The position numbers and the translations under genes were made by a program. The notes beneath the pieces are model-generated. The model had not been told where the DNA came from, made no database searches, and saw nothing but the letters and a program-made list of their open reading frames with translations. A stretch of DNA of 56,478 nt, counting the filler, from Fonticula-like sp. SCN 57-25 (lineage: Eukaryota): NCBI GenBank assembly GCA_001724245.1. It is 3 parts of 3 records of this genome, joined end to end, with 100 filler letters (N's around TTAATTAATTAA, not from the genome) between each part and the next. Parts side by side here need not be neighbours in the genome. Positions count along the whole stretch, not along the records: positions 16,502 to 39,577 come from MEDX01000123.1; 2 more parts are not named here. One strand, 5' to 3'. Within the stretch, counting starts at the first letter, position 1. Each line of letters begins with the position of its first letter. Below are positions 20,232 through 33,441 of this stretch, in pieces.

Positions 20232-20933
20232 CTAAACGATGACCAACGCATCCTTGTCAGTCCCAGGATGCGCCCTTGCGCGACGAAGGCGCTCGCTTGA
20301 AATCGCGCATTCGTCGTCTTACAATGTATTAGCTGAGTTTTTTTCCCATATTACCTGCGTACTGGGTTCGGCGGCAGGGTTACGGTAGAAGAACATATCT
20401 GACGATGGCTCATACGCATACACCAGGATGTAATGACCTTTCATTCTTACTCAGTGGCGTCTTCAAGACCGTTCATTCATACCGTGAAACATGCTTGAAT
20501 GTGGTGATACGTCTTTCCCTAATGCGTATTCGTTTACGAGTAGAATAATAAGCTTGCCGCTCAGCAGAATATTTGAAAGGTCTGACTCGACAAGGTGACG
20601 TTCATAGACAGAAAGTCCACGCTCGACGCAGTCAGCAAAGATGCCATTGACCCGCCGGCAATCGTCTTTGAAATTTGTTTCCTGGTAGAATTCAAAAGCA
20701 GTATGTGTCTCCTGTGCCCCGAGTGATGTCGTGTAGTAATCGCACTGTGAGCCGCACTCCCGCAAAGCACAAAACAGGTCAATTGTCCAGACACTTTTGC
20801 TTGGAAACATAGCCAACAATCTCTCATACGTGTGTAATGATGTACGATGTATCAAAACCATTGCCGCACATGCTAGGCCGCAGTCCCAGTCGCTCTGCTG
20901 AGAAATGTGGGGAGGGTGGCCGCTGCGATGCAT
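20232..20933 (-). CDS. GUCD1: GUCD1-like (C39 peptidase-like fold); start uncertain; 2 introns
   Basis: QQSDWDCGLACAAMVL; SVWTIDL; GHYILVYAY; FYRNP; ARAHPGTDKDALVI*. Confidence 0.82.
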
Positions 20934-21326
20934 CTGCGGAGGTCATGCCGAACCAAAGGCCAAACGCAACTAAGCACCATTGTTTGCAGTTTGCGCGCAG
21001 GTTTGCAGTTTGCAGTTTGGATTTGATATTGCAACCGAAGTGCTGTGATCATTGCATCCGCGTGTATCCGAGGACCATCCCCGCATCCCAGCACATCCGT
21101 GCCACCATCGGCTGCATCCCCATCGTATCCACACTCGTGACACGTTGTGGGATACTGTGGCGGTCGCGCTTGGGCCTTGAACTGGACTCGGATCTTTTGC
21201 GAGCCTTTTCGAGACACGGCCGAACCCACCCGTACGCGATGGACCATGCCGTCACACTCGGAACGACATACTAACTCGAACGCCTTGCGTATTGTCCAGT
21301 GCTTGCGCGATCCTCCTCTGACGATC

Positions 21327-23571
21327 ATGGCCGCTGGTTTGAATAAGAGCTCTACTGGTTCCACAATGTCGTCTTCCTCCGTGATGCCCAACGCGCGCTC
21401 GATCTACCTTGGTAACGTGGATCCTCAGGTACGTTCAGTCGACCGTCGCCCTGTATTACTCACGACCTTGCTGGACATAGACATCGTATGAGGAGCTCAT
21501 TGACCACATATCGGGCGGCAATCTGGACTCGGTCCGCGTACTCCCCGACAAGCAGTGTGCCTTTGTGACGTTTTTGAGCCCCATGTCAGCGAAGATCTTC
21601 CTAGATGACATTTCTGCGAACGGCCTCACCATCAAGGGCCGCCAGCTGAAGGCGAACTGGGGAAAAGTTACTCCCGTACCGGCTGATGTTGAGCGCCATG
21701 TGTTGCAAGGCGCGACACGGGCAGTATTCGTCGGTGGCATCACGGATGTATGTCGCTCCCCCGTGTCATACGTCTCCGGCTAACTTTCGCGGCAGGGCAT
21801 GACGGAGGATTTTTTCCGCGCGGATTTCGAACGTTTTGGGAGCGTTGATACGGTCAAGGTCCTTCCAGACAAGAAGGTGGCATTTGTTCATTTCACTTCA
21901 ATCAACTTTGCCATCAAGGCGGTTGCCCAGCTCCGCACAGAGGAGCGCTTCAAGGGGCACAAGATTGACTACGGACGCGACCGTAGCAATAGGATGCCAC
22001 GTCGTGCAGGCGGTGGTCCGCCACCAGGCTCTGTTACCCCTATGGTTGACATTCCCGATGCGAATGCGCCTGCCTACCGTACCGTCTATCTTGGGAATAT
22101 GGATCCTGATACGACGCCGGATGAGCTCTGCGCAATTGTGCGGGGTGGACAAATTGATAGCATTAAGATGATTCCCGACAAGCAGCACGCTTTTGTTGCG
22201 TTCGTCACTGCGGACGGTGCTGCGACTTTCTATGCTGCTTGTAGCGCCAACGCGCCTGTTGTGCGCGGCCGTACATTAAAGGTCGGATGGGGCAAGGAGT
22301 CCCCGTTGCCTAGCGAAGTGGCGATGCTCGTACGTCAAGGTGCTACGCGCAACGTTTACGTGGGCCAGATTGATGATTTGGTTACGCCGGAACGGCTTCG
22401 TGTCGATTTTGCGCCGTTTGGCACGCTCGAATCCGTTGCGATCGTGCGCGAGAAGAAATGCGCATTTGTTGCTTTCCTTTCCATCCAGGCGGCGGCTAAA
22501 GCGATTCAGGCGCTCAAGAACGACCAGGCGTACGCTCACTTCAAGCTGAACTATGGCAAGGACAACTGTGCCCGCCAGCCCCGCTCCTCAGGCTCGTCGA
22601 ACGGCCAGGCGCATTCCTCGGGCCCGAACGCCAACGGCAACACCAGCCACAGCAACTCGAACGGCTATGGAAATGGCTCTGCTTACGGCCAATCGTTCAG
22701 CCCGCCTATTCCGAGCCTTGGTTCTGGCGGAAACGCGCCTGCCAACGGCACTTCGTCCGGCGGGTCGCCGAATGGCCTCTCCCTTAGCCTGTCTAGCTCT
22801 GAGAATGGAATGTTTGGCTCCAGCTTTTACTACCAGCCGGAACCCTCGCCTACTTACCAGTCGCAGTACATGAATGCGTCCATGTATTCGTCGTCACCGC
22901 CGTCGCATTCGTCGTCGCCGTCCTCGATGACTGGGGGGCCGAGCTCAAACACGCCGACATATTCATTTGCGCAGCAGCCGAGTCAGTCGTCGCAGCCTCC
23001 GCTTCATCAACCTCAGCCCGTCCGTGCCCTTTCGCAGCAGATGGCGAACCATTCCATCTCGCCGCTGGTGCAGCCCAGCGGCTCTGCGGCGTCTAACCAG
23101 TACGGGGCGTCCGCCTTTTCCACCGGACTCTTTGGTTCGTCAGCACCGTCTCCAAGCGCCCTTCCTTCGCCCGGCGGCTACAGTCCTTCGGGAACCCCTC
23201 TCGGCAGCTCTAGCTCTCCGTTCTTTGGTTCCTACGGCGGCCAGGCGAGCAATGGAGCTTTCTCGGGCTTCTCGAACAGCTACTCGACGACTCCGCTCTC
23301 GTCGGCGATCAATGGTGAGCACTCGTCGGCCGCATCTTCAAAGTCGTCTTCTCCCGCCCCGGGATCCAACGGGAGTGGCTACGGTGCCTCGTTCCCTTCC
23401 TACGGCCAGTTTTCGCAAGCGTTTGACAGCGGTGCTTCCAGCCCCACTGGCGCCACCGAGCCCAGCGGATTTGGCCTTGGTGTGCCGGTCCTTAGCGCGC
23501 TTGGGAGTCTTTCATCGCAGTCGTCCGCATTTGCATCGTATGGATCGGGCAGCTACAATACGTACTACTAG
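21327..23571 (+). CDS. Four-RRM RNA-binding protein (S. pombe Nrd1 / S. cerevisiae Mrn1-like) with long Ser/Gly/Pro-rich tail
   Basis: RSIYLGN; GATRAVFVGG; RTVYLGN...VRGGQIDSIK; GATRNVYVG; LNYGKDNC; probable 5'UTR intron upstream. Confidence 0.8.
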
Positions 23572-24229
23572 ATTTGCGCTGTGCAGACGACCGGGCGATT
23601 GCTGATTATATTTATGTGGATATTCGTACTTATGCATTGTGCAATTCGCTATTGGTGTTATTCATATGGGAGTACCGGCTCGTCCTTTCTCCCATCGATG
23701 TTTCGTGTGTCAATTTCTACGTAAAGTTGCCGTGTTTAATATTTTGTGCCGAAAACTAATTTTGATCAAATATTCTCATCTTTGAAACCACTACTCTACC
23801 ACTTAATTTTTTCCCTCTCTTTTGGGGCGCCCCACTTTTATTACCTACCCCTATAGTTATCAGCTGTTTCAGCTTGAAATGCCCTGTTCCGCATTGTGCT
23901 GTTTTCCTTTGCAAGCTGGTTTTGGCAGCATTGTTCCGTTCCTGAAGTAGAGATGTGTGTTTCTGTCTGCGGGGTATCGGCCTCCCTCTGCCGGCTGGCC
24001 TGATTATGAGAGCCCGCAATTTCCTGTGCCCCTGTTTCTGTTATCTTTGCGCCGCGCTCTGTGTGCCGGCGGCGCAGTTTTCTCGATCTATCCATTTGGG
24101 TCCATGAGCCGCCCATGCAGTTCCAGCTATTGTTTTAGATGAAGATAATAACAGGCCGTTTTTGCCTTGAAACCTCTCTTTACGTTGCCTATAGAAATAT
24201 GATACAAAAAAAATTAAATTGCCCATGAA

Positions 24230-25878
24230 TCAATAAAAGATGCGCTGATACGCTCGGATCTCGTTCTTTCGCGTTGTTTCGAGGATGTTGACCGCGGTGC
24301 GAATTTCACGCGCGAGCTCAAGCGCGTCGACCGCTGGGTTGCCCTCGAGCACTGGCGAACGGTGATGAGCGTGAGCAAAACTGCATACGGGCGATGAACG
24401 TGAATCGTACGTCGAAACTCGGCGAGTGCCTTGTCGGCGTCTCTTCCGCGCCGCAACAGCGCCTGAGCGCGACGGTAGCGCGCCTTGACATTGTTGGGGT
24501 CGTCATTGAGCACGTCGGTACACTCGCGCACAACGACGCTGTAGTCGCCAAGCTTGAGCTTTGTAGCAGCATAGTTCAGTTTACACACGTTGCGCAATGC
24601 GATGCACTCGGCCTCGTCGACGCCTGCAGTATCCCAAGCGTCGGTGTACCGCGCTGTCAGCAGACTCTCCAAGAACAAGAGAGCGCGCTCGTATTTAGCG
24701 ACAGCTCTGCGAATATCGCCGCCCTTGTAATGCGCATTCCCCTTCTCCTTCAGGAGGGCTGCCTCCTCCAGCCGCTCCCGGATCGAGCACTCCCACGGGT
24801 CCTTGGGGAACTCGCCGGGGCGCTGCGCAGCCACCAGCTCGATCTCGACACGCAGCGGAAACCCAACGTACTTTAGGACATCGGCGCTCGCCTCAATGTC
24901 GCTCGCCATCTCGTGGCCGCAGCAGCGTGAACCGCGGTTCTGTTCCCTAATTTGATCAACATGGCTGAGCCAAGGCACGTCTACAACAATGGAGCGCACT
25001 TTGCTAGCCTGCGCATCTGAACAACCATCTTGACAAACGGCTGCGAGTGCTCGGCATGCAAGTCGAGCGCCGCGATATCACCCACGTGGAGGTTCTTGGC
25101 CGCTGCTTCCAGCGCTGCAACGCCAAACCCGCGCCCAATTCTGCAAAAGGAACACAGGAGGAAAGTAAGCTGACGCCTTCGACCACACTCCCTTTCCCTT
25201 TCATTGGAACAGATTGCGCGTACCGAATGTCAAAGCGGCGAGTCTCTGGCGTCTCAACGTCGTCATGGCTCGCGTCAGCCAGCGGCGTGCGGCCGTGATG
25301 GCTGTGTGAGTGGCCATGGCCTTCATGCGAGTGGCCATGGCCGTCATGCGAGTGGTCATGCGAGTGGCCATGACCGTCATGCGAGTGCCCACCAGCAGCA
25401 CGCGCTGCGCTACCTATAGAAGCAACCCGCATGGCGTCCGAGGTGGCATCAATGGAGGAGTGGCGCGAACGGATCCTGCCGGGCTGCCCGTGGCTGTGAT
25501 CCTTGTGGAAGTGGGCGTGCGAGTGGTCCGCGCCGCCATGAGAGTGGCTGTGGCTGGAGCCCATAAGGCGTGAGGGAGAATCGTCCGATTCGTCGTCGTC
25601 GTCCTGGCAAAACTCGGCGCAATCGCTCTCATCATCGTCAAGCCGACGCACAAGCTACATGGGAATGATGCTCAGCAGCTCAGTAGCACGCGAGACCATG
25701 AACGCACCTCGTCTGACGTTATGATAACAGCTCCGGTGGACGGATCTAGAGCCCTGAATCTCACGACGGCGTTCCAGCCTTCCCCCATCCCGGGAAGCGC
25801 GGCCTCCTGCGCCACGCTGCTCTCCAGCACCACCATTCGCGCCGTCCCATCCCCCAACACGTCCACAAAGTCCGTCAT
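24230..25878 (-). CDS. AIP/AIPL1-like FKBP-TPR co-chaperone with an acidic/His-rich insertion; 4 introns
   Basis: Spliced RFDIR|IGRGF...LHVGDIA; RCCG; EIEL...KDPW; KEKGNAHYK; TPR NVKARYRRAQA; ends YQRIFY*. Confidence 0.75.
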
Positions 25879-26035
25879 CGTGGCCACGTGGATATGAAGC
25901 GGAAGTGGCAACTTTTGCTTATGGTTATTCAAAAATAATAGGAATGTATCATACAAAATGGTGCGCGCCCCGTGCTGCTTATAAAAATGTAGAGGTTGAA
26001 TGAAAGAAGACATGCCTGTGTACGAGATTGCGTGG

Positions 26036-27013
26036 TTATTTTCTCGACTTAATCTTGAATAGCTTGGCAAAAAATGCTGGAAGAAACGAAGACTTGGCCA
26101 TCTTTTTCGCCGGTCCAGCGGTTGCGTCCTCTGTTCCTTTGACTCGCCTCTTAAAAGCCATTGGACTTTCATATGCGGACGCCGAGAGCGACCACATTCC
26201 TATTTTCTGACGCTTAGCCTGCGCTTCGGCGCGCTGAAGCTTGCGGAGATAATTTCCGTGCACCGCATTTGCCCCGTCGTAGATCGTCGCCAGACCAGCG
26301 CGGACAAGCGACAGCGACAAATTTGTCCATGGCACTCCCATTTGATGTGTATGCACTGTCCCGACGACGCGGTGATATTGGTCCCGCGCGAGGACATGAA
26401 CGGTCACACGCTTGCCCAGAGCGATGCTTCGCAGGTACTCCTTCGCCTCGCGACTAAAGGGCTGCCCAGGCTTGCCAAAGTACGCCGACTAAACATACTC
26501 AGCATTTGAGCGGCAGAAGAACGAGCGACGCGCACCTCGGGAGCGTCCACTCCGGCGAGCCGAACATGGATCGTATTCTCGGTAAGGAAGCGCCGAGCGC
26601 GGATCTCTGTGATCTCACGTTAGGAAACAATGAAAGAACGACAAGCCAAACCTGCTTCCTGTGGCACAGAAAAGTAGCGAAGCAGTGGGGTGTGATATAC
26701 GCGCACGTTGTCTCCATCGTTCACAGCAAGTACTACCCTGCAATCCACGAGAACAAAAGCATCAGACTCCGCCGTCCGGGCAGGCGACAACGCACCCTCG
26801 TAGCCTCTTGGTGCCCAAAAAGTAGCGTGGCGGCAGGTGGTTCGCTGTGGGAAAGCGCTTCCTTAACCATATGGCACTCCCTGCCGCGGCACTCAATACG
26901 ATCGCGCCTGCGGCGAACTGCCAAGCGCGCGACGGAATTGGCGATTCTGCGCCATCGTCCTCCTCTTCCCCGTCACTTCTATCAACGTAGGGAAACCCGT
27001 CCCCTACCTGCAT
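26036..27013 (-). CDS. Staphylococcal-nuclease-family endonuclease with N-terminal TM segment (LCL3-like); start approximate
   Basis: DGDNVRVYHTP; RLAGVDAPE; GQPFSREAK; DQYHRVVG; GLATIY; AKRQKIGMWS. Confidence 0.82.
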
Positions 27014-27191
27014 TCCTTCTTTCCTTCCGTCTACCTCGGTACCCGATCAGGTACTGAGATGTGCCAAGCTGCGCGCCCGCACTTTCACTCCTGAGCCGCT
27101 TCGGCGGTTTCGCTGACGTTTCAGATTTCGCGGGCTGCGCAGTCAGCGTCACTCACGTGCAGTTCTGCGCCATTCGTGCGCGGGCCCCTCG

Positions 27192-29142
27192 ATGCGGTGG
27201 TCCACGCTGGTGCTGTGGTGCCTCGGGGCGGCGCTGCTGGCTGGGACGGTGCTTGGCCGCCGGCTAGCGTCGTCCACTGACGTGGTACCGGTAGTCATGT
27301 CGGTGCCGCTGCCGCGCTACGCAGTGGTCGTGGACGCGGGGAGCACTGGGAGCCGTCTGCTCGTGTACCAAATCACAGAGGCGCTACCCATGCCGGTCAT
27401 CCGGTTAATGCAGGTGGACGGGCGCCCGCTCGTGAGAAAAGTGTCACCGGGACTTTCTTCGTTTGCGTCGCGGCTGGACGAGCTACCAGACGGTTTTGGG
27501 CCGCTCCTGGACGTTGCGCTGGAGCACATCCCTGAGGAGCACATCCCACAAACGCCGCTTATGGTGCTCGCCACGGGAGGCCTGCGCCTTCTCTCGGATC
27601 AGGATCAAAGCGGTACGCAGACGAGTGTATCAATGGAGACTTTTGTAGCTCACCGGGTGGACAGCCGTACTGAGGACGCTGTGCGACTTTGTCGCGGGGA
27701 CGTACTCTTTCCGGTTTGCGTGCCCCGACGCTCGCGTGATCCCGGGCGAGGAGGAGGGCCTCTTTGGGTGGATCGCCGTCAACTATGTGCTCGGGACGCT
27801 GGACGACGAGCTGGACGACAAGCCGGCTGACACGCACCTTGAAACGGTGCCGGGTCGCCCGCTCGGCGTGCTGGACATGGGCGGCGCATCATCTCAGATC
27901 ACGTTTCAAGTCAAGAACGAATTGGTACGACGCCGTCGCCCGTGTCGCTTATCTTGTCATGCGCGCAGCCCATTGCCGTGTACTAAAAGAGCGTCTCGTT
28001 TAGGTGAAGCCCGCGCCGGGTGTTTTCCACGTCAGCCTGGACTTCACGGGCAACGCTGAGCACGCCGTCTTTGTCTACTCGACGTCGCACCTCGGGTTGG
28101 GGGCGCACGCCGCGCGCGAGCGGTATGTCAAACTGCTGCAGGACAGCTACGCCCAGCAGGACGAATCGGACGACCAGGACGCGGGGATTATTGGAGGCGT
28201 AGGCGCAGACGTGTTGGTAAACATTTCGTCTCCCTGTTTTCTAGAGGGGCACCGGCCAGACCCGCCGGTCCGCGGCATGGCAGTGGTAGGCTCTGGCGGC
28301 TTTGACGAGTGTGTCGCCGATCTGAGAACGCACGGGGTCCTTGGAGTCGCCTCACTACAACCATGTCACGCTCCGCCGTGCAGGCTGGGCGACGTGGCAG
28401 CGCTCGGCGTCGACCTCAACAGCGTCGGCTTTCTCGGCATCTCCGAGTTTTGGTACTCGGTTTGGGACGTCTTTGGCGTAAAGTCATACGAGCCGGGGAC
28501 GCTGTGGCCGCTCGCGCGCGAATTTTGCTCCATGCCACATAGCCTAGTGCTCGACGCCAAGGAGAGCGGGCGGTTCCCGCACGCAGACGTAAGCCGACTG
28601 GAGCAGGAGTGCTTCAAGCTCGCGTGGATTGCGGTCGTCCTGCATGACGGCTACGGGATCGCGGCCGACAGCGCGCTTGACAAGGCCGTCGCGGAGCGCG
28701 AGGGCTTGCCCGCTATTCAGATATCGATGCAGATCGGCTCAGAGGAGGTCAGCTGGACCCTCGGCGCGCTGCTCGTACACCTGGCCGGGATGGACGACGG
28801 TGACGGGCGCGGGCACCACCTTGAACACTCGGAAGAGGTGTTTAAGCCAGGCCACGTGCATCAGAAGGGGACGGGGCTGCGGCGACCAACAGGCTCTGCG
28901 AGACAAACCAATTTTAACACCGCGCTGTCCCTAATGTGCGCCACCCTGCCTCGAGGCCGGTGGCCAAACTAACCTTGGCGTATAGGGCGTTTGTTATGAT
29001 GGCGGGATTGGTATTGCTCTACACGCGGTCCAGGTCGGCAATGTCCAGCTGGACCCAGCGGCAGCGCGTGCTTAGTAGAATGGTGCCGTTTTCGTCGTCG
29101 AGCAAGGCGCCCTTGATTCCCCTACATGGTGGCTCGAGGTGA
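27192..29142 (+). CDS. GDA1/CD39 NTPDase (apyrase) with signal peptide and C-terminal TM; spliced
   Basis: Apyrase conserved regions DAGSTGSR, ATGGLR, GEEEGLFGWIAVNY, DMGGASSQ, SWTLG. Confidence 0.92.
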
Positions 29143-29359
29143 CACAGTGTGCTCGATGTTTGTATTTTGTTGCATGGACGCAGTGGTGCGTGGCGATTGT
29201 GCTGCCCAAACTGGGCCAGAGGGACGCATGGATATGTATATTTCGGTATGATTTTGTGCAATGTTGGGAGGGATGCTTTAAATAGTCTATTGATGACATG
29301 ATCACTTTACATCATACAAATGTACATGAAAAGCATAAAAATGGGGGTGCGCGCTTGAA

Positions 29360-32300
29360 TCAAAAGTCGGCAAAAATTGGCCTGAAGCGGTCGTACTCCC
29401 TCCCTAGCGGGACGTTTACGTCCTCGCTGGAGCCTCCTCCACCCACCGTCGACGCGGCCATCTTGCCCTCGCTGCCAGTCGGCAAAAAGTAGGACGTGTC
29501 CGCCTCGGACGACACGCGCGGAACAAAAGGCGCAGGCAGTTCGCGCCGCCGCAAAGCGTCAAAAGAGATTTCTTTGAACCAGCGGTGGCGCATGAGCTCC
29601 TGGACGCCGGCCTGGCTGCCCAGGCGCATGCGCGGCTCGCGGATCAAAAGCCGCTTCACAAAGTCCTTCGACACGGCCTCCATATCGGAAGGGTACGGCA
29701 CGTCGGCGTAAATGACCTTACGGTAAAGCTCGCGCGCCGAAGCGGCCGACGCAAACGGCGTGGCTCCGTTCAGCATCTCATAAACAAACGTCCCGAGCGA
29801 CCAAAAATCAACCGATGTGTCTGCAACGTTTCACGTTAATATTTGCAGAGTTTGAGGGAGCGATTCGCATACCATATTCATCGCCGAGGATCATCTCCGG
29901 GGCAATGTACTCGGGCGTTCCGCAAAAGGTCCGCGTCCTCCGCCCGCGATCAAGGAACCGCGCAAATCCAAAATCGGTCATCTTGATGTGCCCGAGGCTG
30001 TCGAGCAGGATGTTTTCGGGCTTGAGGTCGCGGTACACGAGCCCCTTTCCGTGAATGTACTCGTAAAAGAGGATGAGTTCTGCGGTGTAGAAGCGGGCAC
30101 GCTCCTCGGAAAACTTGCCCTCCACCTTCAGGTGCGTGTACAGCTCGCCACCGATGACGTACTCCATGACGATGTAGAGCGACGTCTCGTCCTGAAAGCT
30201 GCCGTAGTACTGCACCAGGAACGGGTTGGACAGCTCGCGCAGCACGTTGCGCTCCCGGATAGCGCCGCGCGCCTCCTTCTCTCCGTAAGAAATAAGCTTG
30301 ACCTTGCGCATCTGCTTGAGCGCGAGGAAGCGGTTGGTCCGCTTGTGCAGCACCAGGAACACGTTGCCAAAGGCGCCCTTGCCAATGAGGTCTCGCTTCT
30401 CAAAATCGTCCGGCTCCGGATCTTCGATGCGCACCTCCACGATCGGGTTCAATACCTTGACCATCTGCTCGACCCATCCGCCGATCCGCGCGATCGACGT
30501 CAGCAGGCAGCCGAGGTGCGTCCCGCCCAGCATGAGCTCGATCTCCTTGAGCTGGACGCGCGATTGCTTCTGCACCTGCGCCACAAGCTTGGCGTTGTCG
30601 ACGAGCTCGCTCTGGCCGCCCACCCACAGCCCGAAAGGAAAGTCGATCGCGCTGATGGCCTCGCTCACATTCGGCACAAAGTACGTGTTCCACGCGCTCG
30701 GCTAGCGGAAGCGTCAGCACCTTAAAGGTCCCACTCAAGCTGGCGCATACCGAAAAGCGTTGCTTGAGAGGGGGCGACGACTTGTCGCTCGGCGTGTACG
30801 AAAGGACGCATTCGTCATCCCGCCCAATCAGTGGGAACCACTTGCTGTTGGACGACAGCCTCTCGGCGCTGATAATCCGAGTAGACTTGGTGAGCGGGTC
30901 GCCCCGCAGCGGATCAGTCGTTGGGGAAACTAGGACCTATAGCAAAAGCGAGCAGTCAGCGACAGGTACGAGCCGGCATGGACGTACGAGGGCCTGGACC
31001 GGCTCGCGGTCCTTCCACAGCGAGTAGTTTGTCGCGAGGGTGGCACCGACGCCAAAGCCGCCCAGAATGACAGGCGCGGAAGGATAGTTGCAGCGCACGA
31101 ACTGGACCATTGACCGGATATCGCGCAGCAGCTGGCCGCCCTCCTGCATCGGGCCGTTGTGCCGCCCGAGGAAGCTGAGCACGCGGATGCGGTGGTCCTG
31201 CGCCAAGCCTTGCGCCAAGACCGTCGCGATGGCGTCCTCCAAAAACACAATGGTCGCGATCGCCGGTGTGGGTGGCTCAAACATGTAGTAGTAGATGCCC
31301 GCGCGGTCCGTCCCGATGAGCTGAAGCAGCCGCCGATTGGGAAAGTCAAGCATATCCACCATGTCACCAATCACATCGGCAAACTCAAACTCGGTACTCA
31401 GCAGCGGATCCTGCAGCATTTCCGCCGAATAATCTGATAGGGCACAGAAGTGAGACAGGAGTCAAAAGGGGGGGGCAAGTGTGCAAACCTGGTGGCGTCT
31501 CTTTCTTGCACGTCTCCGCCTGCTCGGTGAGCCATTTTCCCAGCGGTTCAATTACCTCGTCCATTAAAGTGTAGTGCCGAGCCCCTTCTATAATTTTAAT
31601 CTCACACCCGGGGACCTTGGCCAGTTGGGGAGCCTCAATGGCCTTTTCCGGGAAGAAAAACTCGTCCTCAGAGCCAATCCAAAAGCCGAACGGAACGTCA
31701 ATAGCCGCAAACTGCCGCCGGGCGTCCACGGGCCTCGTGGCAAGCACGTCGTTAATGCCAATGTTGCCGACCGGCGCTGAGCGCGCCATCGACTCTGGGT
31801 AGCGGAACTCGTACGCGGGCGACTGGCCATTTAAGTAGCCCCCCGTGAGGTAGCCAACTGCCATAGACCCCCAGTTGATCTTGAACGAGACGTCCTTGTG
31901 AAACGCCTTGAAGCCGTCTGGGTTGAAGCAGTCGCTTTTTCCTTGGTCGGGGGCCAAGAATACGTAACCGTCGACGGGCTCTCGGTGGGCCCAGGTAGAG
32001 TAGTTCAGCACTGCGCCGCCATTTCGGAAGAAACCGCCTAGAAAGATGGGGAGCATCGGGTTGTTGAGCTTAAAATGCTTGACCACCGTGCGCAGGTCGC
32101 GCCACAAGTCTTTGCGCTCTCCCGATGTTGCCCGCTTCCCGCCAGACTGGCCGTAGCCTCGCAGGTCCACCAAGGCTACCATGATGCTGAACTTTGACGT
32201 GAGCTCTGCGCAAGCCCGGTTGAAGCGCAAGTAAATGTGCGATGGCAGCACAAGAACAGCGGTCGGCTCCTGCCGAGGCATGAACACGCGGTAAGCAAGC

Positions 32301-33272
32301 TTGGTCCCATCAAAGCCAACCAGAAACATCGTCGCCAGTGGTGAAGTAAGCGATGCTTCAGCGATCAACTCGCGGAATGCTGCCACACAAAAGACATGAG
32401 TAACGCGAACGGCCAAAGGATGTTTGAGCGCACCGCTTTCGCCGTTGGCGAGCTTCATGCGAGCAAGGTTATGCTCGCGGTCGAGGCGCGCCATCACCTC
32501 AGCCTGCTGGTGCTTGCGGGAAATATCAAGCTCCGCTTCCGTAATGAGCAGGGCGCGAGCCTTGAACAGCACCGTGTCGTTTTGGTCCATCAGCTGCCAG
32601 GATGAGAGAGTTAGAGAAACGAAGAACCTGTGGGAACAGCACGTACACAGACAAAGATCTGGCGCTGTGAGAGCGGCTTTGGTAGAATGAGGTCAAAATT
32701 ACAGTACTGAGGCTCGTTGAGACTCAGCTGTCCACTTTCCGGCTCGACGTCCTTGATCCCGCCATTGGGAGGCTGTGGAATGTAGGTAGAGTCAACTGTC
32801 GTCAGCGATCTGACGCCGCAGCAAGTAGTAGACAAAAAGATGGGTATGGTTTCCCAAGCTCGACTTTCTCGAATGGCGAGGTGTACGACGTTAGTAGACA
32901 CTGGAGCTTTGAGATGTTTGGGTCTCTAACGGTGAACGACACCCTCAGAACGTGATGCCGGAAGGCGGGTAGTTCGTCCAGCATTGTTCTCGATATTTTC
33001 TCTTCGGCATCTAATGAAACGTATCAGCAACAACCTAACGCCCAAAATATCCCCAAAAGCGCCGTTCACTCTGCCAGCTGCGAGTATTGATTGCGTTCCA
33101 GAATCGCACCTGGTGTAAACCGTCGAGTCCATTTTCCGCTGTTCCCCACCTCGCCTCCGTAGAGATCCTCCGGAGTTGACTTTAGAGTCCAACCGTCAAG
33201 TACGACCGCATCTGATCCCCGCCAGATAACATCCGTCAGGTTGTCGGCGAATCGCCCTTGGGCGGCTCCCAT
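29360..33272 (-). CDS. PKA-like AGC kinase fused to two N-terminal alpha/beta-hydrolase (Hydrolase_4-like) domains; multi-exon
   Basis: Kinase: GKGAFG, ALK, YRDLKPEN, DFG, TFCGTPEYIAPE, terminal FADF. Hydrolases: DGTKLAYR, DLRGYGQSGG, FLGGFFRNGG, ILGGFGVGA. The second hydrolase C-terminus and the kinase share one exon. One N-terminal intron (~32810-32885) is uncertain. Confidence 0.85.
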
Positions 33273-33441
33273 CGCCGCCTGCCTGGCTGCTGCCTGGCTC
33301 ACGCAATGGCAAGCTGGGTGGGTAGCCAATCAGAAACTGCTGATCGCGAACGACCTCATGAGTACTTGAGGGGCAGTGTAATTTACTTGAGGGGCGGTCT
33401 GGTTGCGATTTGGCGGGTGGTGGTCGAAATTTGGCGCCAAG

